Assembly: GCF_001194135.2 (NCBI RefSeq)
Contig: NC_068990.1
Location: 33,065,027 to 33,129,026 of the forward strand
Source: Octopus bimaculoides
Lineage: Eukaryota
Length of the DNA: 64,000 bases
Reading direction: 5' to 3'
Below the pieces are notes generated by a model. It was not told where the DNA came from and searched no databases. It saw only the letters and a program-made list of their open reading frames with translations. Position numbers and translations under genes: made by a program. How positions within the stretch are numbered: position 1 is the stretch's first letter; every line of letters begins with the position of its first letter. Shown here in pieces: positions 52,161-64,000 of the stretch.

Positions 52161-53594
52161 GAAAAAAAAAAACCTTAGTTAGTTCCTTAAAATGCCTTGA
52201 GCTATAAAATGAACATTTATTTAGTCATAGTGGACCAGTAAAAATGGAATGTAAACTATTCCTTGTTTGTTCTTCTCAACAACGTTGAAAGATAGAATTT
52301 TATCCATTGTTCTGAATAAAAATTCCTCAATATGTGTCCAGAGTATTTTCTAAAAGATCAGAGAAAAGAATTCAACAAAAAAACCAACCATCTTTGACAG
52401 GAAAGCAGAGAGTAGTACACTGACAGACAGTTTTGGATGATGGTTCTTTGTTCTGTGTAAACCAAAATTTATTTCAGTGTTTCCCAAGACACTATGTCTT
52501 GGGAAACACAACGACAGCTTGAGAATTAATGACAAAATAAAATCTCTAATTCTAAATGGCTTTCAAGAAACTATATTTGGAAAAGACTTTGTTTTTCTGA
52601 AGAAAATATCCAAATGAAAATAGAAAGAAATTAAATATGAAAGCAAAAAAACTATGATAGACATTTTGTTTTGAGTATTTGAGGTGGTGGCCACTATATT
52701 TAGGAAATCTGAATGTGTTGGAATGACTCTTTAAACAAAATAGACAATATTTATAGAGTAATAAAGTGTAGGTTGGTGGGAGAAGATCTGTTCTGTGTAA
52801 GGTAGGTAAATAAAGTATTAGATAGCTAAGACATCCAAGGGAACTGATGGTGAGTTGTCAAGATGCATTGAAATATATTGGTTGGAAAATCTGTCTAACA
52901 ATAATCAACACTGGTCAGCAAATGTTTAATTAATGACAATGATGACGATGATGGTGGCAATGATGATGATGATGATTATGATGATGCTATTACAGGAATT
53001 CATTTTAAAATGTCTATGAAACTGCCTTGAGAAATGAAGTAGCTGAATCTGTTCGGTTTTGTTTTTACATTTGTCTTTTTCTCAGTTAAGTAGAAAATAA
53101 TTCTCAGTTGAACAATGTGAAACATAATGGACCATTTTATAATATGTCACTAGCAATCTTAACAGCTGACTTCAAACATAATTCTTAACCAACAAACAGC
53201 TGTAAGAAAACACTCAATGGCACGTCTAGAAGCCAAGGGTAGTAAAGGATGGTGAAAAGTCTTTCTGAACATGACAGCTCTCTACTTAGAAAACAATGAT
53301 TCAAAATTTCCACCTCCATTTTTTTTTTTTTTTTTTTTTACCTAATGTCCATCAATAAAAAGAAATACTATAAATAAATAAATAAACTATTAAGAAATGG
53401 TGTATTAAGATCAATTTGAGGTGTACAATACTTGACATATTGCAAGACCAGAATTAGGAGAGGAATTTCAGCGAAACACTTAGATCCAATAGCATCCAGA
53501 AAAATATAGATTTGTGGATGGTTTTATTTTAAGGATTACTTGAAAGATACGTATAGTTCACATTAACAAATATAATGTTACTTGTGAGGATCAT

Positions 53595-54440
53595 GGACGA
53601 AATGCTTAACCATGTTTCGCCCGTCGCTACATTCTGAGTTCAAATTCCACCAAGTTCAATTTGTCTTTCATAATTTCAGGGTCAATAAATTAAGTACTAG
53701 TGAAACACTGAGGTTGATGTAATCGACTAGTCCCCTCCCCCAAAATTACTGCCCTTGTGGCAAAATTTGAACCTATTATTATTATTATTATTATTACTGC
53801 TACTATTATTATATCATGTATACTTTCCACATTTTTTAATATCCTTTTATTGTATGTAAATCTCCACATTTCTTCTGTTGTTGTATTGTACCCCTCATCT
53901 ATTCCCTTGGTGGCAAATAAAAGAAATTCATGTCATTATTATTATTATCATAAATTATTGAATAAAATGGGTTGAGGGTTTTTTTTTTCTGGCTCTTTAC
54001 AGTCTGAGTTCAAATCTAACCAGGGTCAACTTTGCCTTCATCCTTCCAGGAGCAGTAAAATAAATACCAGTCTAGCATTAATTAACTCCCTATGGCACTA
54101 ATTAAATTCTATTCCCTCAAAATTACTAGCGTTGTACCTAAATCAGAAATTATTGCTATTAATATTGTTATTATTATCATTATTATCATTATTACTATTA
54201 TTATTATTATTATTATTATTATCATCAAGGTGGCAAACTGGCAGAATCATTACCACGCTGGGCAAAATGCTTAGCGGCATTTTGTCCATCTTTATGTTCT
54301 GAGTTCAAATTCTGCTGGAGTTGACTCAGCTTTTCATCCAAATGAAGCCAATAAAATAAGTACCAGTGAATTACTGGGGGCCATGTAATCGACTAGTCCC
54401 CTCCTCCCAGATTTCAAGCCTTGTGCCTTTAGTAGAAAGG
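53595..54440 (+). mobile_element. Cluster of three family B SINEs in the same orientation
   Basis: Copies at ~53595-53775, ~53995-54150 and ~54226-54440, each followed by ATT-rich tails. Confidence 0.75.
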
Positions 54441-55899
54441 ATTATTATCATCATCATTTTCATTGTCCTCATTTATATTACTAACTTCTGAGATATTTCT
54501 GTCACATTTAAGCTCCATCCCATAGCTTAGAGATGCAATTTAAAATAAATATCAGGTTTCAACAGAGATATCCATGACCAAAGAGGACAAAGAACAAAAC
54601 TAAACCTCAAAATGATCAAAGATGGTTTGATGAAAGAGATGCATCTAATCTGATTGGTTCAAGTATTTATAATTACTACTAAATTACAATTTAATTTATA
54701 TATTTTTACTTCTCACAGAAAGCAAAGCCTGTTTCTAGATTTAAGTGGAAGCTTATTTCCTTGTGATTCACTTTACAAATAATGCTTATATAATGAACTC
54801 TCATCTGACAATTATGTAAATGAACTAATTACTGCTGAAACTCATTAGCATCTAAGGAGAAACAGCAGCTGCAATCCTTCTATAATTGACTTTGATGACA
54901 AAGCCAGTTGTGGTCCATGAAAAGCTAGAGAACACATGTAACTGATAATATCTACAATCCAAATGTTTTAAAATAAACACTGATGTTGTCGATAGTGAAT
55001 GTTTAAGTTATGTTATCATGAGTCAACTAAGATGTTACACAAGAGAAGTAGTGTATCAATAATGTATTAATCAAGAACTGGCATTTATGTGATGGTTCTA
55101 CGAAGTTTGTAGATAAGAATGGATATATAATAGAAGACATTGAAGGTGTTTTATACTAAGCTCCACCACAATGACAACAACAACAGTTTGTAAATATTCA
55201 AACTTCCAAAGAAATCATCAGCCAATTACACTAGAATCATTAAAGGATTGAGTGATTACTAAAAGTGGATGACTAAAAACCAGCCCAGATAATCTTGATT
55301 TAAATAATTTGACATTGGAAACATGCCTCTATGATGCTTAGAAAATGGGAGTCTATTTTTATAAGTTACTTAAGGAAACAGGCTCAGAACCTATAAGATG
55401 AACAGTGTTCCTCATACTGATGGAATAAATATAACAAAAGTACTGAATATTTGCAGTGAGATAAAAAGAAATGGTAGTTTTTGTATCAAGGCACATAAAT
55501 AACCACAGGTATCATTGTTGTTGCTTATATGAATGGTTAGTTGAGGAAAAGACCTGTGTGTTGAAACCTCAAAATGTGCGAGCACTTTTATCAACCATCA
55601 CATCTATGACCAATGGGTAAAAAGTTAGCCATTATACACTCATATCGACTGATTTTCCAACTAAACCAAAATGAAAATCTATTGCATACAAATATAAATA
55701 CTGCTTTAAAAACATTTTTTTTGTTAATTATTCTTGATACTTTGACATAAAAATTGATGCTATCATCTTAAATTTGTGAATTGAGTTTAAAAAAAGGTAA
55801 AAAGGCTTTTTGTGAAGTTTATATTTGTTTTCAATGAATTTTGTGCTTTAATAAGGAAGTGAACGTCTCTAGTTTTAGTAATAATACTGTCCCCTCAAT

Positions 55900-56810
55900 T
55901 TATTGTTGAAATTTACAAAATTTACAAATCTGAAATATCTGTATCTAAAATTTTGACTGATAATTTTATTGTATGATTTACCATACAATTTAATATTGTT
56001 TAGTAGTTCGCTGAAAATGTTAATTGCTCGTAGAAATATCGCACAATGTCTGAAAGTAAACTACAAAAACAAAATAAAAAAAAGAAACATTAATACACTA
56101 CTGATCTTAATGATGAAGATTGTGCAAAAGAGATGCAATATTTACAGTCAGTTTTTAAAACAAATTTTGGTGAACCAAAACCGAAACTTTTTAGAATTGT
56201 TAAATTTATTGACAAACAAAATACTTTTACAGATATTTCCAAATACTTGTGTTAACTGCAAATCATGATCATTGACAATTCCAGCCTAGTGGCATTAGTA
56301 GAAAAAAACTTTTTCACAAACTCAGTCATAATAACAGATTCTTAAGGTCCAACCACTTTTCAGAAACATTGTGTTAATTTAGCAAGAGCGAGTATTGAAT
56401 CAAACATTGCCAGAGAAATTGATTTATAAGAAATTTTGTAGATCAAAAACCAGGAAAGCACATCTCATTAGTTGATTAAGGTTATTGATATTCTGTATAA
56501 AGTATATTGTTACCTGGTCACTTAGGAGACCAAAGATTAAAGCATTTACGAAAATTTACCCATCATTATATTTAGATAGCCTGACATTACACATCATACT
56601 CAATTATAATTTTGTAATCATACATAAAAAGATCTCCACTTTGTCTAAACATATCATAATAACCATATTTTCTGCAAAAAAAGGAAAAATTGCATTTATT
56701 ATGCATTTATTGTTATTATATAGACTTGATAGTTTAAAGTTCAAATGGACCTTAAGATGATCCCTCTTCTTTCATGAAGGCCCAAAAGCAGTCTTGTTCT
56801 GCCTTGGAAA
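55900..56810 (+). mobile_element. Decayed hAT transposon, transposase C-terminal dimerisation region
   Basis: QIFPN...SLTIPA.SV...EK.F...S...NLA..SIESNIAREID resembles FPN..LTxPxSxAxxERSFS...LA.LSIE. Possible end motif GGCCCAAAAG..CTTG near 56780. Confidence 0.65.
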
Positions 56811-57243
56811 CATTTTATCAGTGGGCTTGAGTACATGTGTGTATATGTTTCTGAATGTATGTGTGTGAGTGTTTGTGAATATGTGTGTGTGTTACTATAT
56901 TCCTCATATCCTGTTCTTTTTGTTTGTTTTTTGACTTTACACTAATATTATACATATCTTTTGTGTAGTGTAATTAAGGTGTGCAATATACAACCGGTAT
57001 TAGGAACTCCATGTGAATCATTGTAAGTAAAGTAGGAAACCACGAAGAGAATCTGTGCACCTTAGTCAAATAGTCTTTTTTACTGGTCTCCATAGTAACA
57101 ATGATCAAAGAGTATGAGCATTCTAACAATCCTAAATCTATTAAAGATAACTTAGTTAAGAATATTCCAATTAGAATTTTTAACTCATCAGCAAATTGAG
57201 CAGATATTCTATGATAACACAATATTATAATGACATGCTAAAA

Positions 57244-57520
57244 CATCATTATCGTTTGGTTCTACTAATTGCTTAGATCATTATGACACATTCTCTCCAG
57301 TCTTTTTGGTTTGCCATTGTACTTGGTATGTCTTCTTGGGTGCACTCACACAGTTGTAGGTTCAATGTGGTCTGCCAACATTTGTGTACCCATGTTTCAG
57401 TTCCCAAAGAAGAACGTCACTGATGAACTTATGTTTTGCTCTCCAGCAGTGTCCAGTGAATCTTGTTTTTCCTTTTCTGATGACCTATCATATTGGTGGT
57501 AAATTACCATAAAAAAGTAT
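57244..57520 (-). mobile_element. RTE-type LINE 3' end
   Basis: Minus-strand YGNLPPI...RFTGHCWRAKHKFISDVLLWELKHG...VGRP, with a short GATAATGATG tail. Confidence 0.8.
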
Positions 57521-57539
57521 ATTTTCATAGTTTTATCTC

Positions 57540-58667
57540 AAGGAGATGTCCGGAGCAGCACAAAAAATTCTTGTATAAGTTCGGAAACAGGGAGATTTAA
57601 CGATATTCTCCTTCAACTCTATAATGCTATGTACCATCAAAACCATACAGAAAAATGGAATAAAGAGTGCATCCTCTCATGTCAAAAAAAGGGAGATCTC
57701 AGTGTCACCAAAACCTACAGGAAGATTACTCTCACTGTCATATCTGCCAAAGTTTACAATGCCAAGCTACTCAACTGTACCCAGCCAGAGACAGGAAAAA
57801 AATCTTGCATAAAAGCCAGAATGGCTTTCAAAGAAATGGATCAACATTTGCCCAGATTCTTACAGACCGAAATGTTATTGAAGGAGTTTGTGTACGGAAC
57901 CTGAAAGCAGTCCTATTTGTAGACTTTTCTAGGGTCTTTGACTTGATACATAGAGGAAAAATGGAAGAAATACGCTTTGCATATGGTATCCCAAAGGAAA
58001 CTGTCAATACTATCATGTTGTATAGAAATCTTCAATCTATAGTTTGTTGTCCAGATGGCAAGAATGAGTTTTTTGACATAGTGGCTGGTATCCTCCAGTG
58101 TGACACCTTGACATCTTACCTGTTTATCATATATCTAGATTATGTTTTATGCACCTCTGTAGAGGAGCTGAATGACAAAGGATTCACTCTTCTATCAGTC
58201 AAAAGCAGACTCTTTTCAACTGTAACTATCACAGATGCTGGCTGTGCTGGTGACTTGGTACTACTTACAAATGAAGTTTGTGATGCAGAGTCTCTCTTGT
58301 ACAGCCTTGAAAGTACTGCTAAAGACGTTGGTCTCAATGTGAACTTGGACAAAACATAATATATAATGTACAATCAGAGTGGAAACCTTAACTTCACATC
58401 TGGAAAATCCTTGAAAAATGTTAATGGATTTACTCAGAATGAAAACTGAAAAAAAAGGAAGATCTGTCTGCAAGTGATATTCATATCTGAATCAGTAAAG
58501 CTTGGGCAGCTTTAAATAAATTATCAACGGTTTGGAAATCTAAGTTTTCACTAAATTGAAATGTAATTTCTTTCAGGTGGTTCTGCATTCAGTTCTGTTA
58601 TATGAATGTAGAACATGGACTTAACAAAGTGTCTTGGAAAGAAAATTGTCAAAACTCATAAAAGAAG
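57540..58667 (+). mobile_element. RTE-type LINE reverse-transcriptase region (degenerate)
   Basis: KKGDL..YR.ITL, QNGFQRNGST..QIL, LFVDFSRVFD.IHR, G(I)LQ.DTL.SYLFII.LDY, TITD...A.DL, AWAALNKL, VLLYEC.TWT. Confidence 0.9.
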
Positions 58668-59761
58668 TGCTAAAAATGAGTGGCTTTAATGAAAAAAATT
58701 ACATATATACCACTCAATAAAAAAGTAAACCTGACTGCTATGATACACATATCTCAAACACTAAATATAAATAAATCAAACTTTCTTCTTCATCAATACT
58801 TTTACAAAACAAATAAAAACTCTGATACATAAAAAGTAGATAGGGCTAATACTAAACTTATGACCATTAATGATTTTACTGATTATAGTATAAGAATAAA
58901 TATGAGGATAATAACATGACTAACTGATTGTAGGACAGATGAATGGAGGACAGTTAATAGATAATAAATAACCTTAAGGGTCAAAGTGAAGTAGAACAAC
59001 TGTTATCAATGCTGAATCTGATATTAAGGTGAGTTTTAATAGATATTGTACTTGGAAAAATTGGAAGAGTAATTCCATGGTTGGTGATGTTAAATTATTT
59101 TTTATCGATAATTCTCCTGTTAGGAGTAGCAAGAATGATAACAAGCGACAGACTATGTATTATAATAATAAAATAAACATTCTACAAGGAAATAACTAAG
59201 GATAGAACTTACACTAACAAAACTAAGAGAAAGAAATGTACTATGGTATAACCGTCTAAGTACATAATAATTAACATACCTAGCAATTTCTTTTGATGTC
59301 TTAATGGTAAATTTGCCACCTTGACATGGATACTATAGCATCTTTAAAAGAGATTTACAATGAAATTCTCTAACTCAACAATACCTAATGCAGTTTATAA
59401 TATGAACTATTCCAATTTCTCTAAAATGAACATTACACTGAATGTAATCTTAACCCAAGAGAGAACACAGTTCTCTTACACATCTGCACAATAATAGAAA
59501 CCTGGACCAAAACAGATACAGTACTATTTAGTCTAAAGCTAATGATTCTGAGAATAAAAATGAAAATAATTATCAGACATCCTTTCTTTCAAGCACCCAG
59601 TTTAATAATAGAGGTATATAAATGATTTCTAGCTTGACACTTAGTGCTGTAAACCATATACAAAATAGGAGTTGGAATAATGATAATTTTATTCATCCAT
59701 ATTCAGGCATTAAGAATACTACCACAAAATTTTTTACCTTGAATAGGACTTTCTATGTCAA

Positions 59762-60182
59762 CTCTTTTACTCTTTTACTTGTTTCAGTCATTTGACTGCA
59801 GCCATGCTGGAGCACCACCTTTAGTCGAACAAATCGACCCCAGGAATTATTCTTTGTAAGCCTAGTACTTATTCTATCGGTCCCATTTGCTGAACTGCTA
59901 AATTACAGGGACGTAAACACACCAGCATCGGTTGTCAATTAATGTTGGGGGGACAAACACAGACACAACACAAATATATACACACACACACACATACATA
60001 TATATATATGCATATATACGATGGGCTTCTTTCAGTTTCCGTCTACCAAATCCACTCACAAGGCTTTGGTGGGCCCAAGGCTATAGTAAAAGACACTTGC
60101 CCAAGGTGCCATGCAGTGGGACTGAACCCAGAACCATGTGGTTGGTAAGCAAACTACTTACCACACAGCCACTCCTGCGCCT
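59762..60182 (-). mobile_element. SINE family A, full length
   Basis: Reverse complement closely matches 61853-62276. Confidence 0.9.
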
Positions 60183-61195
60183 AACTAGTAATAATAGACA
60201 TAAAAACAATCACAACATTAATACTAAAGGCACTAAAAATAGACACAATAGTAATGATGCTAATGTCATAAATACATCAATCAGAAACAACCTGAATAGC
60301 TGCATGAAAAATAAAGATATAGTAGGCTCTAAAAGGCACTCCAAAAAACGATTCAACCTCTGTAACTATAGACTAGTAACTCATTGAATCATGGAAGAAT
60401 TGCTTGATATGTATTGTAATCTACAACAGTAAATATTACACATTGATTTTTGTTTAAAAAATGCCAAGCTTTGTGTAAGTAAATATTTAGTATAAAAAGA
60501 ATTTATACATTAATACATACAACATAACTAACAAAATATAAGTGAAATTTAAAATCAACAGGAAAAGATTTCACTCTGGTGGAGTGTTCTTGCCCCTGTT
60601 CTAGTATATAAAGGTAATGAAAGGGGATGTAGAATTTGTACAATGAAAGCACTTAAGCAGACAACAACACACTGAATCAAAAGAATGAAAGTATAATTTC
60701 ATGTGTCCGCAAACATTTTAAGATGTTTAAATTTTATAAGTCAACTATGAGTTAATACTAACAGTAAAAAAAAAAAAAAACAGAAAGAAAATAAATGAAT
60801 ACCAAACCACATTGAAACGTCTTGTTCAAAGATTTTGAAAGTATAGATATGAAACAATTTCCTTATCATCCATCAAAAAGAATTATTTACTATTCAACTT
60901 AAATTATTCTCCTCATTAATGTTAAATGGTTTTGCTACATATTGCTTATATATATATATATATTGACTGTAGCCTATATTTATACAAAAATTGATGAAAA
61001 CAAAATGACAAAATGTCTAGCTATATATACTTGTGTGTGTATGTGTTTATACATTGATGAATGTGTAGTTTTTTGCATATTTATATCTTTAAAAGTGTTT
61101 GCATATCTTAGGAGATTATATAAACTTTTAAATTTCAGTAAGTTTATTTATTTTGAACAGAAATATACTCAGTAGTCAATATAGCTCATAAAATA

Positions 61196-61410
61196 AGGTG
61201 GTGAGCTAGCAGAAACGTTAGCATGCCAGCTGAAATGCTTAGCAGTATTTCGTCTGTTTTTACGTTCAGAGTTCAAATTCTGCCAAGGTCGACTTTGCCT
61301 TTCATCCATTCGGGGTCGATAAACTAAGTACCAGTTGTGTACTTGAATCGAGCTAATCGACTGGCCCCCTCCCCCAAAATTTTGGGCCTTGTGCTTAGAA
61401 TAGAAAAGAA
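61196..61410 (+). mobile_element. SINE family B
   Basis: GGTGGTGAGCTAGCAGAAACGTTAGC...GGTCGACTTTGCCTTTCATCC...TGGCCCCCTCCCCCAAAATT. Confidence 0.85.
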
Positions 61411-61414
61411 TATA

Positions 61415-61700
61415 GCTCACAACATCTTTGAGCAAACAGCCTTGGAGTGAACAAAATGGAGATCATCATGTCAAAATGGTATATAAGCCTTCCTTTCAGC
61501 CAGCATTAACAGGTTTAGGGGTGTAAAGCACAGGAGAAAAGTGGCCGCAAATTACTGCCTGCATTGATTCATAATCCTCATACTTGGAACATCTGTGGAC
61601 TTCTTTGCAAATCGTTGAGAGGAATCAAATGTCACATTCGACAAGCATTATGACAAAGCAAGTGTAGATTGACGGACCCTAATACATTGAAATTGACAGG
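61415..61700 (+). mobile_element. RTE (BovB-like) LINE C-terminal fragment
   Basis: FEQTALE*TKWR...KHRRK, then ICGLLCKSLRGIKCHIR (Cys/His motif). Confidence 0.6.
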
Positions 61701-61852
61701 AGAGTCCATCATATATATGTATCTGTGCATATACGTAGTTAGTATATATGCCTCTATATATGTATGAATACCTCTCTCTCTCTCTCTCTCTGTGCATATG
61801 AATGTGTCTCTGTAAAAGTTACTATGCATATAAACATGTGTATAGGTACATA

Positions 61853-62276
61853 GGCACAGGAGTGGCTGTGTGGTAAGTAGCTTGCTTACCAACCACATAG
61901 TTCTGTGTTCAGTCCCTTTGCATGGCACCTTGGGCAAGTGTCTTCTACTGTAGCTTTGGGCCAACCAAAGCCTTGTGAGTGGATTTGGTAGACTGAAACT
62001 GAAAGAAGCCTGTCATATATATATATGTGTGTGTGCGTGTGTGTGTGCGTGCGTGTGTGTATATATTTGTGTGTCTGTTTTTGTCCCCCCAACATTGCTT
62101 GACAACTGATGCTGGTGTGTTTACATCGCCATAACTTAGCGGTTTGGCAAAATAGACTGATAGAATAAGTACTAGGCTTACAAAGAATAAGTCCTGGGGT
62201 TGATTTGCTCAACTAAAGGCGGTGCTCCAGCATGACCACAGTCAAATGACTGAAACAAGTATAAGAATAAAAGAAT
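61853..62276 (+). mobile_element. SINE family A, full length
   Basis: GGCACAGGAGTGGCTGTGTGGTAAG head through GTCAAATGACTGAAACAAG tail. Confidence 0.9.
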
Positions 62277-62879
62277 AGGTACATAGATAAGTATGTATAT
62301 GCCTATATAGTTCTCTACCCATATATTTTTATAAGTGTATTCATATGTCTCTACATGTGTAGAGTACATATATTTGTAAATTTGTGTGAATTTGTTTATA
62401 TGTTAAGCAGGAAATCCTGGTCATGGAGGGTTTTTTAATGATTAATAAGTAATACTTCACTGACAAACAAAATATCGCAAATTTTCAATTGAGCATAATA
62501 CAGATATAGCAATCTACTGGCTAGTTTTATGGCAGTAAAGATAAGTTTAACTTCTATAGTAATTAACTCAAAAGCCACATTATATTTTGTGACACTAGCT
62601 AGAGGTGGAACTATTTAACTATATTTTTTTGTTTATATTTTCATTTTATTTTCAGTGTCTTTTCAGTTATATACATAAGAGAAAAACCAATAAGATAAGC
62701 TCCAATCATATAAAGATATTTAATGAATATATCCAGTGAAGATTATATGATTTGGCCTCATAACATTCATGGGAATATGTAAGAATATCACAAGCAAATT
62801 ATTTTTGAACCAACTGTTCAGTAATATACACATATATATCTCAATTAAATTTGGGTATACATTTGGGTGGGTGTGTGTG

Positions 62880-63172
62880 TATTAAGAAACCGACACAATG
62901 TGGACATCTTCAAAAAGAAATTGGACACTTTTCTTTTCATGACACCATATGAAGTGACATCCTGGCATGAAGTACAAATTGGGGGCAGCACGTCAAGCTC
63001 TTTTAAGTGGCAACAACCAGGAAAAAAGAACATACAAGGGTAGTGATATGAAATCCCACCATCCACAATAAATAAACCAAGTAAAAGGGCTATGGAAATG
63101 GTACAAAGTTATGATGGTGATCCAGCATGAACAAAGCCAAATGACTGAAACAAATTAAAGAAATAAAAAATA
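62880..63172 (+). mobile_element. CR1/L2-like LINE 3' end
   Basis: LRNRHNVDIFKKKLDTFL..TP.E resembles the CR1 VD.FK.KLD.FL..PDEP motif. The UTR ends GGTGATCCAGCATG...AAATGACTGAAAC. Confidence 0.6.
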
Positions 63173-63185
63173 CACACACACACAC

Positions 63186-63223
<38 letters not shown>

Positions 63224-63772
63224 TGGTGTTGCTGCCATGTTGAAACACACTGTACATCCTGTAAAGTGGTTGGTGTTAGAAGGGCATCCAGCAGTAAAAA
63301 CCAAGCCAAAACAGACAATGGAACCTGCTGTGTCCCCCAGCCTTAACAGCTCCAGTCAAACTGTTCAACCCATGCCAGCATGGAAAACAGACATTTAATG
63401 AAAAAAAAAAAAAAAAGGCATTGCATACAGATAAATTTTTTGGGAAATTATAGTGTGGCTTACAATGCGTTGCCTACCCATGCTTTTTAACTGAACTCAA
63501 TTAAGCTTTGTAAGTGTTTGACTAAAAGAGGATTAGAAGCCTAAGTATTTGACAGCTAACAGTAGACTTGATCGATGTTAATGCCAAATGCATATGAGTA
63601 AAATTTGCATATGACTAAATAAATGATTATTCAAATAATAATCATGATTAGGAAATAGAAAGTGAACAAAATGAAAATATTGTTTAGAATTTCAGAAATG
63701 TTTTCAAAGTCTTTCAATGATGGCAGATGAATCAGACGTACTGTAATTTGTTGTAGGATATAAATAATATGA

Positions 63773-63958
63773 CCACCTGCCTTTTAGTTCAAAAGATCGA
63801 CACCTGGACTCATTCATTGTAAGACTGGTCCTTATTCTATCGGTCATTTTTGCCGAACCGCTAAGTTATGGGGGCATAAACACACATAAATCTGTTGTCA
63901 AGTGATGGTACAGATACAAACACAGACACAAACACACAAATATACATACATACACATA

Positions 63959-64000
<42 letters not shown>
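63773..64000 (-). mobile_element. SINE family A, 3' part
   Basis: TTATTCTATCGGTCATTTTTGCCGAACCGCTAAG matches 59870-59900; runs into (TA)n. Confidence 0.75.

Overview
AT-rich, microsatellite-dense animal genomic DNA with six assembly gaps. The SINE, LINE and MITE repertoire suggests an octopus (inference from remembered repeat sequences, not a search). Only one protein-coding exon is clearly supported: a 203-nt minus-strand exon at 26801-27003 of a cytosolic carboxypeptidase 6 (AGBL4/CCP6, M14 tubulin deglutamylase) homologue, encoding the FYIDIHAHS zinc-ligand motif and the FNRDAVKAGTGRR motif. I could not find its neighbouring exons, so the rest of the window is probably CCP6 intron. A diverged partial copy of the exon, with its splice donor, lies about 480 bp downstream. 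The remainder is mostly decayed mobile DNA: Tc1-like, pogo-like, hAT, Chapaev-like, mariner, piggyBac-like and Helentron-like DNA elements; RTE, CR1-like, Tx1/L1, Penelope and R4/Dong retroelements; several SINE families; and mini- and microsatellites. Almost all ORFs in the supplied track are repeat artefacts. The most interesting observations are the duplicated exon and donor, an RTE-type LINE with a twin-priming-like 5' inversion, closely spaced inverted repeats and hairpins (candidate ADAR substrates), an R4/Dong fragment in TAA repeats, and modules shared between SINEs and LINEs. I see no convincing wholly new biological system.
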